UHGV virus genome: UHGV-0373079
Reading direction: 5' to 3' (one strand)
From: a virus
Length of the DNA stretch: 36,444 nt
Shown: piece by piece, positions 25,370 to 35,687 of the stretch
How the letters are laid out: each line of letters opens with the position of its first letter
Position numbering within the stretch: the stretch's first letter is position 1
Program-made: the position numbers and the translations under genes
Notes under the pieces: model-generated
The model's input: the letters and a program-made list of their open reading frames with translations, nothing else
The model's database searches: none
What the model was told of the DNA's origin: nothing

Positions 25370-26173
25370 TTGAAATTATGGACCACAAAAGAAGTAGCTT
25401 ATGTAAAACGTACGGCATTATTAGCGGAAACAAACGAAGTATTAAATATTAAAGAAATGGCTAAAAGGCTTAATAGAACAGTACAGTCGGTACGCAATAA
25501 AATTTATAATTTGCAACGATCAGGTGAAATGCCAAGTATTGATAAGTCAAAACAATTTGATACTAAAGGACGACCTTATTCTAAGGAAGAAGATAAGCGA
25601 ATTATTTCAATGTATAAAGCAGGGGCTACGTACAAAGAAATAGCAGAAGCACTTGAACGAGGTGAAATTTCCGTTACTTCTCACATCTACAAACTACGTA
25701 AGGATAAAAAACTAAAGGTACAAAAAGTATCGCCCTGGACTGAAGAACAAGTACTTAAATTACTTGAAAACGTATCCTTCGACGACAATGGATTTGTGAA
25801 TAATCACAATGAACTCATGCGATTAACAAATAAACAGTATGGGCAAGTGACTCGAAAAATTTATGATTTGCGAAAAAAAGGAGAAATCCGTATATACGCT
25901 GACAGAACCAAAACAAGCGTGAAATCAAAACAAGCAATGAATCAATTTAATGATGCACGATTCGCTCAATATAAAAAGAAGGAGGACAAACCAGTGGAAC
26001 CAAGAGAGAAACAAACGTCGGAAATCATCTCTGTTGAATCCAGAGAAGTATCTTTGATTTTAACTACTGTGAATTTAAGTGATCGTCGCATTGATCAATA
26101 CTATACAAAAGATGGCCAATTATTAGCCGTAAAAAAAGAGCCTACCTCGTTTGCAGACGAAGTAAGCCACTAA
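25370..26173 (+). CDS. DNA-binding protein with three Myb/SANT-like (RsfA-like) HTH repeats
   Basis: Three repeats of a W-T-x-E-E pattern followed by helix-turn-helix-like stretches (WTTKEVAYV..., YSKEEDKRI..., WTEEQVLKL...). Confidence 0.4.
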   Translation: MKLWTTKEVAYVKRTALLAETNEVLNIKEMAKRLNRTVQSVRNKIYNLQRSGEMPSIDKSKQFDTKGRPYSKEEDKRIISMYKAGATYKEIAEALERGEISVTSHIYKLRKDKKLKVQKVSPWTEEQVLKLLENVSFDDNGFVNNHNELMRLTNKQYGQVTRKIYDLRKKGEIRIYADRTKTSVKSKQAMNQFNDARFAQYKKKEDKPVEPREKQTSEIISVESREVSLILTTVNLSDRRIDQYYTKDGQLLAVKKEPTSFADEVSH

Positions 26174-26219
26174 GCAAAATTATACAAGTAAATTATATCA
26201 CGGAAAGTAGGGTTTTTAA

Positions 26220-26795
26220 ATGGCAAAATATTACCACGTTAAAAAGCATGAAGATTACGATAGTTTAATGGAATTTTTAGAATTTCAAGGGTACAGATGG
26301 TATGGTGGTGGACTCCCAACTCAGAATAACTTTTGGGAGGTTTACAAGACGAAAACGGTCATAAAAGCTGATGTAAATAAATTGTTGACTTACGGAGAAA
26401 AGTGTTATTTTGAAGAGTTTGAAAAGCTAAAATCTACTGATTTTCTTGATTGGGAATCCACTATGCTTTATTCAATGGCTAATATGGCTAATGGTGCAAC
26501 TGCTATGATGCTCGTTGCTAGCAAACGTATGGCTCAAATAACTGACTCACTTCAACGATTGTCTGATGCATTGAACAGAATGCAAAAAGAAAAGAAATTT
26601 GTAATTTCATTACCTGATCTAAAAACAACCGATGGTGAAACACAATATTTAAGTTTGAAAAATGGATGTTGGTTTGCCAGTCGAAAAAATACTCGGTTGA
26701 AACAACGATTTACAGAATCAGAATTACATGAGATTGTTCCTAGATTTTATCAGAGCTTGGCGATAGAGGTGAAAGAACATGACAGTGAAGATTAA
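26220..26795 (+). CDS. Hypothetical protein
   Basis: 191 aa. Confidence 0.3.
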   Translation: MAKYYHVKKHEDYDSLMEFLEFQGYRWYGGGLPTQNNFWEVYKTKTVIKADVNKLLTYGEKCYFEEFEKLKSTDFLDWESTMLYSMANMANGATAMMLVASKRMAQITDSLQRLSDALNRMQKEKKFVISLPDLKTTDGETQYLSLKNGCWFASRKNTRLKQRFTESELHEIVPRFYQSLAIEVKEHDSED

Positions 26796-28092
26796 CAGTT
26801 TAGAAGTAGAAAACGTTAAACGTGTTAAAGCAGTAGTAATCCAACCTAATGAAAATGGATTGACAATTCTTGGCGGGAATAATAACCAAGGGAAGACAAG
26901 TGTCTTAGATGCGATTGCATGGGCCTTGGGTGGAAATAAGTATAAACCTTCAAATCCCTACCGTGAAGGTTCTGTGAATCCACCAAACCTCAAAATAACC
27001 ATGAACAACGGCTTAGTAGTAGAGCGAAAAGGGAAAAATAGCTCTCTCACCGTTTTAGATCCAGAAGGACATAAAGGCGGGCAACAACTACTCAATAGCT
27101 TTGTTGAAGAATTAGCCATTGATTTACCAAAATTCATGGAATCAACAAATAAAGAAAAAGCAGATATTTTACTGCAAATTATTGGCGTAGGACCTCAACT
27201 AGCACAGTTAGATCACTCAGAAACAGAACTATATAACAAACGCAGAACCATTGGGCAGATTAAAGAACAAAAGAAAAAGTATGCAAAAGAAATGCCTTTC
27301 TTTCCAGAAGCTCCCAAAGAACTAGTATCCATTAGTGAACTAGTCAATCAGCAACAAGAAATTCTAGCACGTAATGGGCAAAATCAATTAAAGCGACAAC
27401 AGTTAAACGAAATTACTCGACAAGCTGAAACCGAACAGTTTCAAATTGAACAATTAGAACAGCAATTAAACGAGTTAAAAGCAAAACACACTCAGACTTT
27501 AGCGAATTTAGAAACTGCGCAAAAATCTGCCATTGCTTTACAAGATGAATCTACGGAAGAACTAGAAAAAAACATTGTTGAAATTGATGAAATTAATCGT
27601 CGAGTACGCATTAATTTAGACAAGGAAAAAGCAGAAGAAGATGCGTCAGACTACCAAAAACAATACGATACACTAACTAGCGATATTGAGTTAATTAGGC
27701 AAAAGAAACTTAATTTATTAACAAGCGCGGAATTACCTTTACCGGGATTATCTGTAGAAGAAGGAGAATTAATTTACAATGGCCAGAAATGGGACAACAT
27801 GAGCGGATCCGATCAATTAAAAGTATCTACTGCGATTGTTCGTAAATTGAAACCTCAATGTGGTTTTGTTTTATTAGATAAATTGGAACAAATGGATATG
27901 AATACGCTCAATGAATTTAGCCAATGGCTACAGCAAGAAGGTTTGCAAGCAATTGCTACGAGAGTATCAACCGGAGATGAATGTTCAATCATTATAGAAG
28001 ATGGCTATGTAGCTGAAAATAATTTGGTGCGACAAGGCAGTGATATGGTTGGAACACCAAAAATAAATAAATGGGAAGGAGCGGCATTTTAA
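26779..28092 (+). CDS. SMC/RecF/SbcC-like P-loop ATPase (AAA_23-type) with central coiled coil
   Basis: Walker A GGNNNQGKTSVLDAIAWAL, a long coiled coil, and a C-terminal VLLDKLEQMD signature/D-loop-like region. Confidence 0.6.
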   Translation: MTVKINSLEVENVKRVKAVVIQPNENGLTILGGNNNQGKTSVLDAIAWALGGNKYKPSNPYREGSVNPPNLKITMNNGLVVERKGKNSSLTVLDPEGHKGGQQLLNSFVEELAIDLPKFMESTNKEKADILLQIIGVGPQLAQLDHSETELYNKRRTIGQIKEQKKKYAKEMPFFPEAPKELVSISELVNQQQEILARNGQNQLKRQQLNEITRQAETEQFQIEQLEQQLNELKAKHTQTLANLETAQKSAIALQDESTEELEKNIVEIDEINRRVRINLDKEKAEEDASDYQKQYDTLTSDIELIRQKKLNLLTSAELPLPGLSVEEGELIYNGQKWDNMSGSDQLKVSTAIVRKLKPQCGFVLLDKLEQMDMNTLNEFSQWLQQEGLQAIATRVSTGDECSIIIEDGYVAENNLVRQGSDMVGTPKINKWEGAAF

Positions 28093-29111
28093 TGGAAATC
28101 ATTAGTGGAAAAGTGCCAAAAGCACAAAAGATTGTATTGTATGGAGTTGAAGGGATTGGTAAATCAACCTTTGCAAGTCAGTTTCCTAATCCTCTATTTA
28201 TTGATACAGAAGATTCAACGCTGCATATGGATGTGAAAAGATTGGCGAAACCAACAAGTTGGACAATGCTTTTACAACAAATTGACTTTGTTAAACAAAA
28301 CAGACCTTGTCAGACACTTGTGATAGATACAATGGACTGGGCCGAAGAAATTTGCAAGCGTCATTTAATGGCAGCAAACAATTGGAAGGCTATTGATTCA
28401 GAAGGCTATGGTCGAAAATTTGTGGCACTTGCTAAAGAAATGGGCAATCTATTAAACGCATTAAGTGAAGTAATTGATGCAGGAATTCATGTTGTTGTTA
28501 CTGCTCATGCGATGTTGCGAAAAAAAGAAGAACCTGACGAAATGGGAGCCTATGATCGCTATGAATTAAAATTGGAAAAGAAAACAGCGCCATTAGTGAA
28601 GGAATGGGCGGATATGGTTCTTTTTGCTAATTATAAAACAATCATCATTACAGATAGTAAGACGGAAAGCAAAAAAGCACAAGGTGGTCAAAGAGTTATG
28701 TACACAACGCATCGTCCTACATGGGATGCAAAGAATCGAGTTGGCTTGCCAGACGAATTGCCGTTTGAGTATGCGCAAATTGCCCAAGCGATGGATGCTG
28801 CCACACAAACAGCTCCGCCTCTAGAAATGCCAGAAGTAGCATATAGCGAACCTGGGGAAATGGTAGAACCCCAATCAACTTTTGAGATGGATCAGTCTGT
28901 AAGTTTTCCTAGTGCCATCCCTCAATCTGTCACAGATTTAATGATGGCAAGTCAAGTTACTACCGAAGAAATTATGCAAGTCATCTATGTTGGTGGATTT
29001 ATGCCGAAGGATACACCGCTAGAGAACGTACCCGAAGATTTATGGGGCTATTTAGTTTCAAATTGGGAAGCAGCGATAAATTTATTAAACACAAAAATTA
29101 GAAACGTATAG
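28092..29111 (+). CDS. AAA_24 / Sak4-like RecA-family recombination ATPase with a C-terminal extension
   Basis: KIVLYGVEGIGKSTFAS is the Walker A. ATG 28092 overlaps the upstream stop (TAATG). Confidence 0.55.
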   Translation: MEIISGKVPKAQKIVLYGVEGIGKSTFASQFPNPLFIDTEDSTLHMDVKRLAKPTSWTMLLQQIDFVKQNRPCQTLVIDTMDWAEEICKRHLMAANNWKAIDSEGYGRKFVALAKEMGNLLNALSEVIDAGIHVVVTAHAMLRKKEEPDEMGAYDRYELKLEKKTAPLVKEWADMVLFANYKTIIITDSKTESKKAQGGQRVMYTTHRPTWDAKNRVGLPDELPFEYAQIAQAMDAATQTAPPLEMPEVAYSEPGEMVEPQSTFEMDQSVSFPSAIPQSVTDLMMASQVTTEEIMQVIYVGGFMPKDTPLENVPEDLWGYLVSNWEAAINLLNTKIRNV

Positions 29112-29123
29112 GAGGAAATAGAA

Positions 29124-29681
29124 ATGAACAACGAAAATGAATTTTTAGATTGGAATGGTAGCTTTATTGCTACTGAAAGTGAATTCAAACTATTTGAAGA
29201 AGGGGACTATCCTTTTACAGTCAAAGGATTTGAACGGAAAATTTACGATGGTCAAAGTAAAATTCCTAATGGGACACATTACGCAGAAATTGAATTTGAA
29301 TTTATGAATCCAAAAGATGGTTCAACAACAAAAGTAATTGATCGGTTGTATTTATTAAAAAAATGGCAATGGAAGCTTACACAGTTTTTTGCAAGTATTG
29401 GCCAGTCACCAGCAATCGGGCAAAGCTTTACGCCTAATTGGAATGCAGTAGTCGGAAGTCAGGGAAAAGCCCATTTAGTTATTAATAAGTATACAAAACA
29501 AAATGGGGAAACAAATGAAAACAACCAAGTGAAAAACTACTTGGAGGCAAGCGGCACGGGAACACCACAACCGATTTATAATCAAGCGCCACAACCGCAA
29601 CAACCGCAAACATTCGGACAAACACAAAGTAATGGATTTAACCAACCACAATCTGGTGGATTCCAACCAGGAGCTTTTTAG
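29124..29681 (+). CDS. Hypothetical protein (DUF669-like position next to Sak4), Q/P-rich C-terminus
   Basis: 185 aa. The N-terminal FLDWNGSFIATESEFKLF motif is shared with the primase ORF. Confidence 0.35.
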   Translation: MNNENEFLDWNGSFIATESEFKLFEEGDYPFTVKGFERKIYDGQSKIPNGTHYAEIEFEFMNPKDGSTTKVIDRLYLLKKWQWKLTQFFASIGQSPAIGQSFTPNWNAVVGSQGKAHLVINKYTKQNGETNENNQVKNYLEASGTGTPQPIYNQAPQPQQPQTFGQTQSNGFNQPQSGGFQPGAF

Positions 29682-29693
29682 GAGGACGTAATT

Positions 29694-30122
29694 ATGAGCA
29701 AAGAAATCGAATTAAATTTATCCAAATTAGCGAATGGAGCAATTCAAGAAAAATTAGATGGTGAATTAAAAAAGTTGTTTGAAAATATTCATGATCCGAA
29801 TACTTCTCCAGTTGCTAAGCGAGCAATCACCATCAAGTTAGAATTTAAACCAGATGAAAATCGTCAAGTAGTTTCAATGACAAGTGACTTTAGCTTGAAG
29901 TTAGCACCAGTTGATGGAGTGAATACAACAGTATTAACAGGAAAAGATTTAAATACAGGACAGATTGAGGCGCACGAGCTTCAATCTTCAGTCCCTGGTC
30001 AAACGTATATGGATCCAGAAACAGGAGAACCAAAAACAGATATTGGTGAACCAATTGATGTCATTGAAAAAGAAGAAGCAAAACAAAAACAAATCATAGA
30101 CTTACAAGAGAAAAGAGGCTAA
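29694..30122 (+). CDS. Hypothetical protein
   Basis: 142 aa. Confidence 0.3.
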   Translation: MSKEIELNLSKLANGAIQEKLDGELKKLFENIHDPNTSPVAKRAITIKLEFKPDENRQVVSMTSDFSLKLAPVDGVNTTVLTGKDLNTGQIEAHELQSSVPGQTYMDPETGEPKTDIGEPIDVIEKEEAKQKQIIDLQEKRG

Positions 30123-30126
30123 TTAA

Positions 30127-30876
30127 ATGACAATGACTAAAGAATCAATTCAATATTTAATGGAACAAGGGATCAAACCAGAAAATCGATTGATTAATTT
30201 TGATAACGACGAACGTTGGATTTTAGTAGATGCTGCAGGTCAAGGAAAAGAAATTTTACCACGTGTTTTCACAGCAGAAGAACCGTTAAGAATCAATACG
30301 TTAAGTGGCTTAGTAGATTATATTAAATCAAATTTAGAAAGAGAAACAAAACAATTAATTGTGCATGTTAAAAATGAAGCAACTGTTTCAGTGAAAGGTT
30401 TGCTTGAAATAAATGGGGAACGTGAAACGTTAGCTGTTGCTCAAGCGATTATTCCAACTTTCAATTTTGATTGTTTCATGGATACTGAAACCTTCAATAT
30501 TGCTTTGCAGTCAAAATTTGTCAATAACAAGGACCGTGGTATTCTTTTAAAAGTTGTTGGTAATGTTGCTGAAGAAAATGTAAAAACTACAGGAGATGAC
30601 GGTGTTAGCCAAGCGGTCACTATTAATCAGGGCGTGGCTTCAAAAGCAGATGTTCGTGTTCCGAATCCTGTGAATCTTTCTCCATACAGAACATTTTTAG
30701 AGGTTGAACAACCTGAAAGTCAATTTATTTTCCGCATGAAAGATGGCCCTCGTTGTGCAATCTTTGAAGCTGATGGTGGGGCATGGAGAAATCAAGCAAT
30801 TACCAATATTCGAGAGTATCTAAAAGATGAACTTGAAGAAGATATTAAATCTAATCGTATTACGATTCTTGCGTAG
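30127..30876 (+). CDS. Hypothetical protein
   Basis: 249 aa. Confidence 0.3.
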   Translation: MTMTKESIQYLMEQGIKPENRLINFDNDERWILVDAAGQGKEILPRVFTAEEPLRINTLSGLVDYIKSNLERETKQLIVHVKNEATVSVKGLLEINGERETLAVAQAIIPTFNFDCFMDTETFNIALQSKFVNNKDRGILLKVVGNVAEENVKTTGDDGVSQAVTINQGVASKADVRVPNPVNLSPYRTFLEVEQPESQFIFRMKDGPRCAIFEADGGAWRNQAITNIREYLKDELEEDIKSNRITILA

Positions 30877-30888
30877 AAGGTGATTTGT

Positions 30889-32472
30889 ATGAAGCTCAGA
30901 CCCTATCAAGAAGAAGCACGTTCTGCTGTACAAAATGAGTGGCAGAATAACAAAAAGAAAACATTATTAGTTTTGCCTACAGGTTGTGGGAAAACGATAG
31001 TATTTAGCAAAATTATTGAAGATCGTGTAAGGGCGGGCGAGCGTGTGCTCGTCCTTGCGCATCGGGGTGAGTTGTTAGATCAAGCCTCCGATAAATTAGA
31101 AAAGTCAACAGGGCTAAAAACAGCAATAGAAAAGGCAGACCAGACAAGTATTGGCAGTTTTTTCAGAGTCGTTGTAGGCTCGGTACAGACGATGCAAAGA
31201 GAGAAACGTTTAAATAAATTTCCGCCTGATTACTTTGATACGATTGTCATAGATGAAGCTCACCACTGTATCAGTGAAGGGTATCAACGAGTATTAAAAC
31301 ATTTTGATGAATCGAATGTGTTAGGCGTAACCGCAACGCCAGATCGTGGAGACATGAGAAATTTAGGTTCTTATTTTGAAAGTTTAGCTTATGAATATTC
31401 GTTAGTACAAGCCATTAAAGAAGGCTACTTATCACCAATAAAGGCCCTAACTATTCCTTTAAAATTAGATTTATCAGGTGTAAAACAGCAAACTGGCGAT
31501 TTCTCTACTAAAGATTTAGGGACAGCATTAGATCCTTATTTAGAACAAATAGCCGAAGAAATGGCTAAGCACTGTTTAGATAGAAAAACAGTCGTATTTC
31601 TCCCATTAGTAAAAACATCTAAAAAATTTAGAGATATTCTAAACGCTAAAGGGTTTAAAGCTGCAGAAGTGAATGGAGATTCACAGGATCGCCAAAAAGT
31701 ATTAGAAGATTTTGACAAAGGAAAATACAACGTATTATGCAACTCAATGTTACTTACTGAAGGTTGGGATTGTCCATCAGTAGATTGTGTCGTTGTCTTG
31801 CGACCAACAAAAGTCCGTGCGTTGTATTCTCAAATGGTTGGGAGAGGCACCCGGCTATTTCCAGGGAAAGAAGAGTTATTACTTTTAGACTTTTTATGGC
31901 ATACAGAAAGACATGAGCTTTGCCACCCAGCACATTTGATTGCAGGTAGTGATGAAGTGGCTAAAAAAATGACCGAAAATATTGAAGAAGCAGGATCAGC
32001 AATTGATTTGCAGGAAGCAGAGGAGAAAGCAGCAGAAGACGTTATCGCGCAACGAGAAGAAGCCCTGGCTAAGAAATTGGCTGAAATGAGAAAACGTAAA
32101 CGAAAATTAGTGGATCCTTTGCAATTTGAAATGTCAATTCAAGCAGAAGATTTAACAAATTATGTTCCGTCCTTTGGGTGGGAGATGGCCCCACCATCAG
32201 ACAAGCAGTTGCAGACTTTAGAAAAACTAGGCATTTTACCTGATGCGGTAGAGAATGCAGGAAAAGCAGCAAAAATGCTCGATCGTTTAGCCAAAAGAAG
32301 AGCTGAAGGATTAGCCACGCCAAAACAAATTCGTTTTTTAGAACAACGTGGGTTCCAACATGTTGGTACTTGGCCGTTTGAAGGAGCAAAAAAATTGATA
32401 GATAGAATCGCTTCTAATGGTTGGAGAATTCCAAGTGGAGTTAATCCCAAGACTTATAGTGCTGAAAAGTAG
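30889..32472 (+). CDS. Superfamily II DEAD/DEAH-box helicase (type III Res-like)
   Basis: Walker A LPTGCGKT, DEAH motif VIDEAHH, helicase C motifs, and a C-terminal coiled-coil extension. ATG 30889 follows GAAGGTGA. Confidence 0.75.
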   Translation: MKLRPYQEEARSAVQNEWQNNKKKTLLVLPTGCGKTIVFSKIIEDRVRAGERVLVLAHRGELLDQASDKLEKSTGLKTAIEKADQTSIGSFFRVVVGSVQTMQREKRLNKFPPDYFDTIVIDEAHHCISEGYQRVLKHFDESNVLGVTATPDRGDMRNLGSYFESLAYEYSLVQAIKEGYLSPIKALTIPLKLDLSGVKQQTGDFSTKDLGTALDPYLEQIAEEMAKHCLDRKTVVFLPLVKTSKKFRDILNAKGFKAAEVNGDSQDRQKVLEDFDKGKYNVLCNSMLLTEGWDCPSVDCVVVLRPTKVRALYSQMVGRGTRLFPGKEELLLLDFLWHTERHELCHPAHLIAGSDEVAKKMTENIEEAGSAIDLQEAEEKAAEDVIAQREEALAKKLAEMRKRKRKLVDPLQFEMSIQAEDLTNYVPSFGWEMAPPSDKQLQTLEKLGILPDAVENAGKAAKMLDRLAKRRAEGLATPKQIRFLEQRGFQHVGTWPFEGAKKLIDRIASNGWRIPSGVNPKTYSAEK

Positions 32473-32505
32473 TACAAATGTATTTTTATTGATGGAGGAA
32501 GCAAA

Positions 32506-32976
32506 ATGAATAAACAAGAATTGATTGAAGAATTAGAATGCATAGAAGTTTCTACAGACAGCCTTGATTATTTGAAAGGTGCTGACTATGCCAACGAAAG
32601 AGCAATTAATTTAGCAAAACAACTAGATGAACCGATAAAAGTTGTTGTTCCGAAGTTTGTTGCGGAATGGTTTGAAAACGAAAAAAATTCGCTTGAAATA
32701 GCCATTAATTATGCAATTTCTTTATTAAATGACGATGAATATCCATTTAACACAGAATTCGCTAGATGGTTAGATAATCCGAAAAACAAACCGCTTGAGA
32801 CTCTAATTGCTATGAAAAATGGCTATGATATTGAGAAAGAGCAATTGTATTATGTGAAGTTGCCTGGCGTTGGTTATTTGAATAATGCAGACGGTGGGAT
32901 AAAACATACAGAACAAGAAATCAAAGCAATTGATGAACGTTATCTGGCCTTTGCTGTGAAAGTTGATGGTGAATAA
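32506..32976 (+). CDS. Hypothetical protein
   Basis: 156 aa. Confidence 0.3.
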   Translation: MNKQELIEELECIEVSTDSLDYLKGADYANERAINLAKQLDEPIKVVVPKFVAEWFENEKNSLEIAINYAISLLNDDEYPFNTEFARWLDNPKNKPLETLIAMKNGYDIEKEQLYYVKLPGVGYLNNADGGIKHTEQEIKAIDERYLAFAVKVDGE

Positions 32977-33180
32977 ATGGAAAAATCAAAAAGTTTAATC
33001 ATATGGCTACCGACTGGTGAGACAATGAAGTTTGAAGATGTTAGGAATGTTGAAACAGTTACAACTGATATAGACTGGGATGTTTTAAAATTTAATTATC
33101 TAGGTGTTTCAACTGGTGTAAGACGAAATGCAGTATTTGAAATGAGTAAATTAATGGGATGGGCATTGGAGGAAGGATAA
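32977..33180 (+). CDS. Hypothetical small protein
   Basis: 67 aa, coupled. Confidence 0.3.
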   Translation: MEKSKSLIIWLPTGETMKFEDVRNVETVTTDIDWDVLKFNYLGVSTGVRRNAVFEMSKLMGWALEEG

Positions 33181-33354
33181 ATGAATATATTGCCAAAAGA
33201 AATATATTCTGATGCATTACGCGGAGCAAGAAATAAGTTGAAAGCTGCAAAAAGTGAATATAGACAGCATCCGACCATCGAAAAAGAGCGAAAAATTAGA
33301 GAAATACGTCGTAGATGTTCTGTTTACGGTCAAATGGCGAAAGGATGTAAGTAA
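33181..33354 (+). CDS. Small basic protein (57 aa, below the ORF-track cutoff) with C-terminal Cys pair
   Basis: TAAATG overlap with the upstream gene. The open frame runs until just before the primase start. Confidence 0.25.
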   Translation: MNILPKEIYSDALRGARNKLKAAKSEYRQHPTIEKERKIREIRRRCSVYGQMAKGCK

Positions 33355-33358
33355 GTAG

Positions 33359-35584
33359 ATGGAAAATAAATTGGATTTGACTGAACTACTAGAATATATT
33401 GATCCAGCTTCTCTTGGCTATCAGGAATGGATTAATGTAGGAATGGCGTTAAAACACGAAGGCTACGATGCTTCTGATTGGGACAATTGGAGCCGAGCAG
33501 ATAGTCGGTATCATGAGGGAGAATGCTTTAAGAAATGGGAATCTTTTCAAGGGAACGCTTCGCCAGTTACTGGCGCGACAATTACACAATTAGCGAAGGA
33601 AAATGGCTGGCATCCACAATATGATGGTGACGATGCGTTTCTTGATTGGAATGACAGCTTTATTGCTGTGGATAAAGGATATAAATTAGTCAATACTGAT
33701 TGGGTCATGGGGAAAGAAATTAAAGAACCAGAGCACTGGAACCCGTCACAAGAAATCATTCGCTATTTAGAGGCACTTTTTGCCCCTGGTGATATTATTG
33801 GCTTTGTAAATGATGGCTATTTGCAAAGTAAAGCAGATGGAACAGAAAAATGGTTACCTCGGCAAGGCGTCTATAAAAAGACTGCTGGTGAAATCATTGA
33901 CGCATTACGTAAAAATGATGGCGATATTGGCGCTGTTATGGGAGACCCTAATAAAAATTCAGGTGCATGGATTCGTTTCAATCCATTGGACGGTGAAGGT
34001 GTAAAAAATACAAATGTTATAGATTTTCGCTATGCATTGGTTGAATCGGATAGCATGAGTATTGAACAACAGTATGAAATCTTACAACAGTTAGAATTAC
34101 CAATTACAGCATTAACTTATAGCGGAGGCAAAAGCTTACATGCCATAGTGAAAGTAGATGCGGTGAATTATCCGCAATATCAGGAGCGAGTTGACTATCT
34201 CTATAAAATTGTTGAGAAAAATGGTTTGAGAGTCGATAAGCAAAATAAAAATCCTTCTAGGTTAACACGTCTACCAGGATTTGAGCGACAAAATCATAAG
34301 CAATTTTTAATTGGAACAAACTTAGGAAAAAGTAATTGGGAAGAATGGCAGGAATATATTGAAGATATGAACGATAATTTGCCAGAACCCGAAAGCTTAA
34401 AAGATTTGTTCGAACAAAACATAACTTTAGCTCCAGAGCTAATCAAAGGGGTACTTCGTCAAGGGCATAAGATGTTGATTGCTGGCCCATCAAAAGCCGG
34501 TAAATCCTTTGCATTAATTCAATTAGCTGTTGCAATTGCTGAAGGAAAGAAATGGTTTGGCTTTGATTGTACAAAAGGAAAAGTATTATATGTCAATTTA
34601 GAATTAGATGATCGATCTGCAAAAATGCGGTTTATTGAAATTTATAATAAGTTGGGTCATGGCCACGAAAACATTTCAAATATTGATGTTTGGAATTTAC
34701 GCGGGAAAACAAGCCCAATGGATAAACTAGCACCCAAATTAATTAGAAGATCACAAAAAGAAAACTACATTGCTGTTATTATCGATCCTATCTATAAAGT
34801 ACTAACAGGTGATGAAAATAGCGCCCACGAAATGGCTAATTTTACGAACCAATTTGACAAAATAGCGACTGAATTGGATTGTGCAGTTATCTATTGCCAT
34901 CATCACTCAAAAGGTTCACAAGGGGGCAAAAGTTCTATTGACCGTTCAAGTGGTTCAGGAGTATTCGCACGAGATCCTGACGCAATTCTTGACTTAATTG
35001 AATTACCAGTGACTGAAGACAGATATCTTGTGTTAGAAAACCAGGCCATTTGTCAAACATACTTACAAGCAATCAAGACGTTTAATCCCTCTTATGATGA
35101 AATTGGAATTGATGATCAGTATAGCAAGAAACAAATGGGCCAACACTTAATGGCAGCTATCCAATCACAAGCAGTTTTACAACAAGTCGAGCAAAAACGA
35201 GTGCAAATGGTCCAATCAGCGAGACAGGCTAGTGCGTGGAGAATCGAGGGCACACTTCGAGAATTTCCTAAAATGCCACAAGTGAATGCTTGGTTTAGAT
35301 ATCCAGTACATGTATTAGATGAGACTTTAGCCGATATTAAGTTAGAAGAAGACCCAAAAGAAAAATGGAAGAAAGGCACAAAAAAGGCTAACGAATCCAG
35401 AAGTGAGAAGAGTAAAAAAGAGTTAGAAGAAGCATTTAATATTCTTAGCGAAGATGGTGAACCAGTTGATGTAACAACAGTGGCGGATTATTTAGACTTG
35501 GCAAGAAATACTGTTTATAACAGAGTAAAAAAACATAGTGGGTTTAAAATCGAAGAAGGCCAGCTATCTAAAATAGAAAAATAA
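33359..35584 (+). CDS. Replication primase-helicase (PriCT_1 + primase-polymerase-like + RepA/DnaB-like P-loop domain)
   Basis: The N-terminal WINVGMALKHEGY...WDNWS is PriCT-like. The central region has LIAGPSKAGKSFALIQLAVAIAEG as Walker A. 741 aa. Confidence 0.7.
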   Translation: MENKLDLTELLEYIDPASLGYQEWINVGMALKHEGYDASDWDNWSRADSRYHEGECFKKWESFQGNASPVTGATITQLAKENGWHPQYDGDDAFLDWNDSFIAVDKGYKLVNTDWVMGKEIKEPEHWNPSQEIIRYLEALFAPGDIIGFVNDGYLQSKADGTEKWLPRQGVYKKTAGEIIDALRKNDGDIGAVMGDPNKNSGAWIRFNPLDGEGVKNTNVIDFRYALVESDSMSIEQQYEILQQLELPITALTYSGGKSLHAIVKVDAVNYPQYQERVDYLYKIVEKNGLRVDKQNKNPSRLTRLPGFERQNHKQFLIGTNLGKSNWEEWQEYIEDMNDNLPEPESLKDLFEQNITLAPELIKGVLRQGHKMLIAGPSKAGKSFALIQLAVAIAEGKKWFGFDCTKGKVLYVNLELDDRSAKMRFIEIYNKLGHGHENISNIDVWNLRGKTSPMDKLAPKLIRRSQKENYIAVIIDPIYKVLTGDENSAHEMANFTNQFDKIATELDCAVIYCHHHSKGSQGGKSSIDRSSGSGVFARDPDAILDLIELPVTEDRYLVLENQAICQTYLQAIKTFNPSYDEIGIDDQYSKKQMGQHLMAAIQSQAVLQQVEQKRVQMVQSARQASAWRIEGTLREFPKMPQVNAWFRYPVHVLDETLADIKLEEDPKEKWKKGTKKANESRSEKSKKELEEAFNILSEDGEPVDVTTVADYLDLARNTVYNRVKKHSGFKIEEGQLSKIEK

Positions 35585-35604
35585 TAGTTGTCTGCACTAT
35601 TTAG

Positions 35605-35671
35605 TTTCGACTGGTTTCGACAAAACAAATTTGTTCGTTGATACCTAAAAAGCTTCGACTGGCTTCGACAA
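35605..35671. repeat. Iteron-like direct repeats TTCGACTGGyTTCGACAA x2 (four TTCGAC units) flanking palindrome ACAAATTTGT; origin-of-replication candidate
   Basis: 19-bp repeats at 35605-35623 and 35653-35671, directly downstream of the primase-helicase gene. Confidence 0.5.
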
Positions 35672-35687
35672 CCTTTATAAACGTTGT

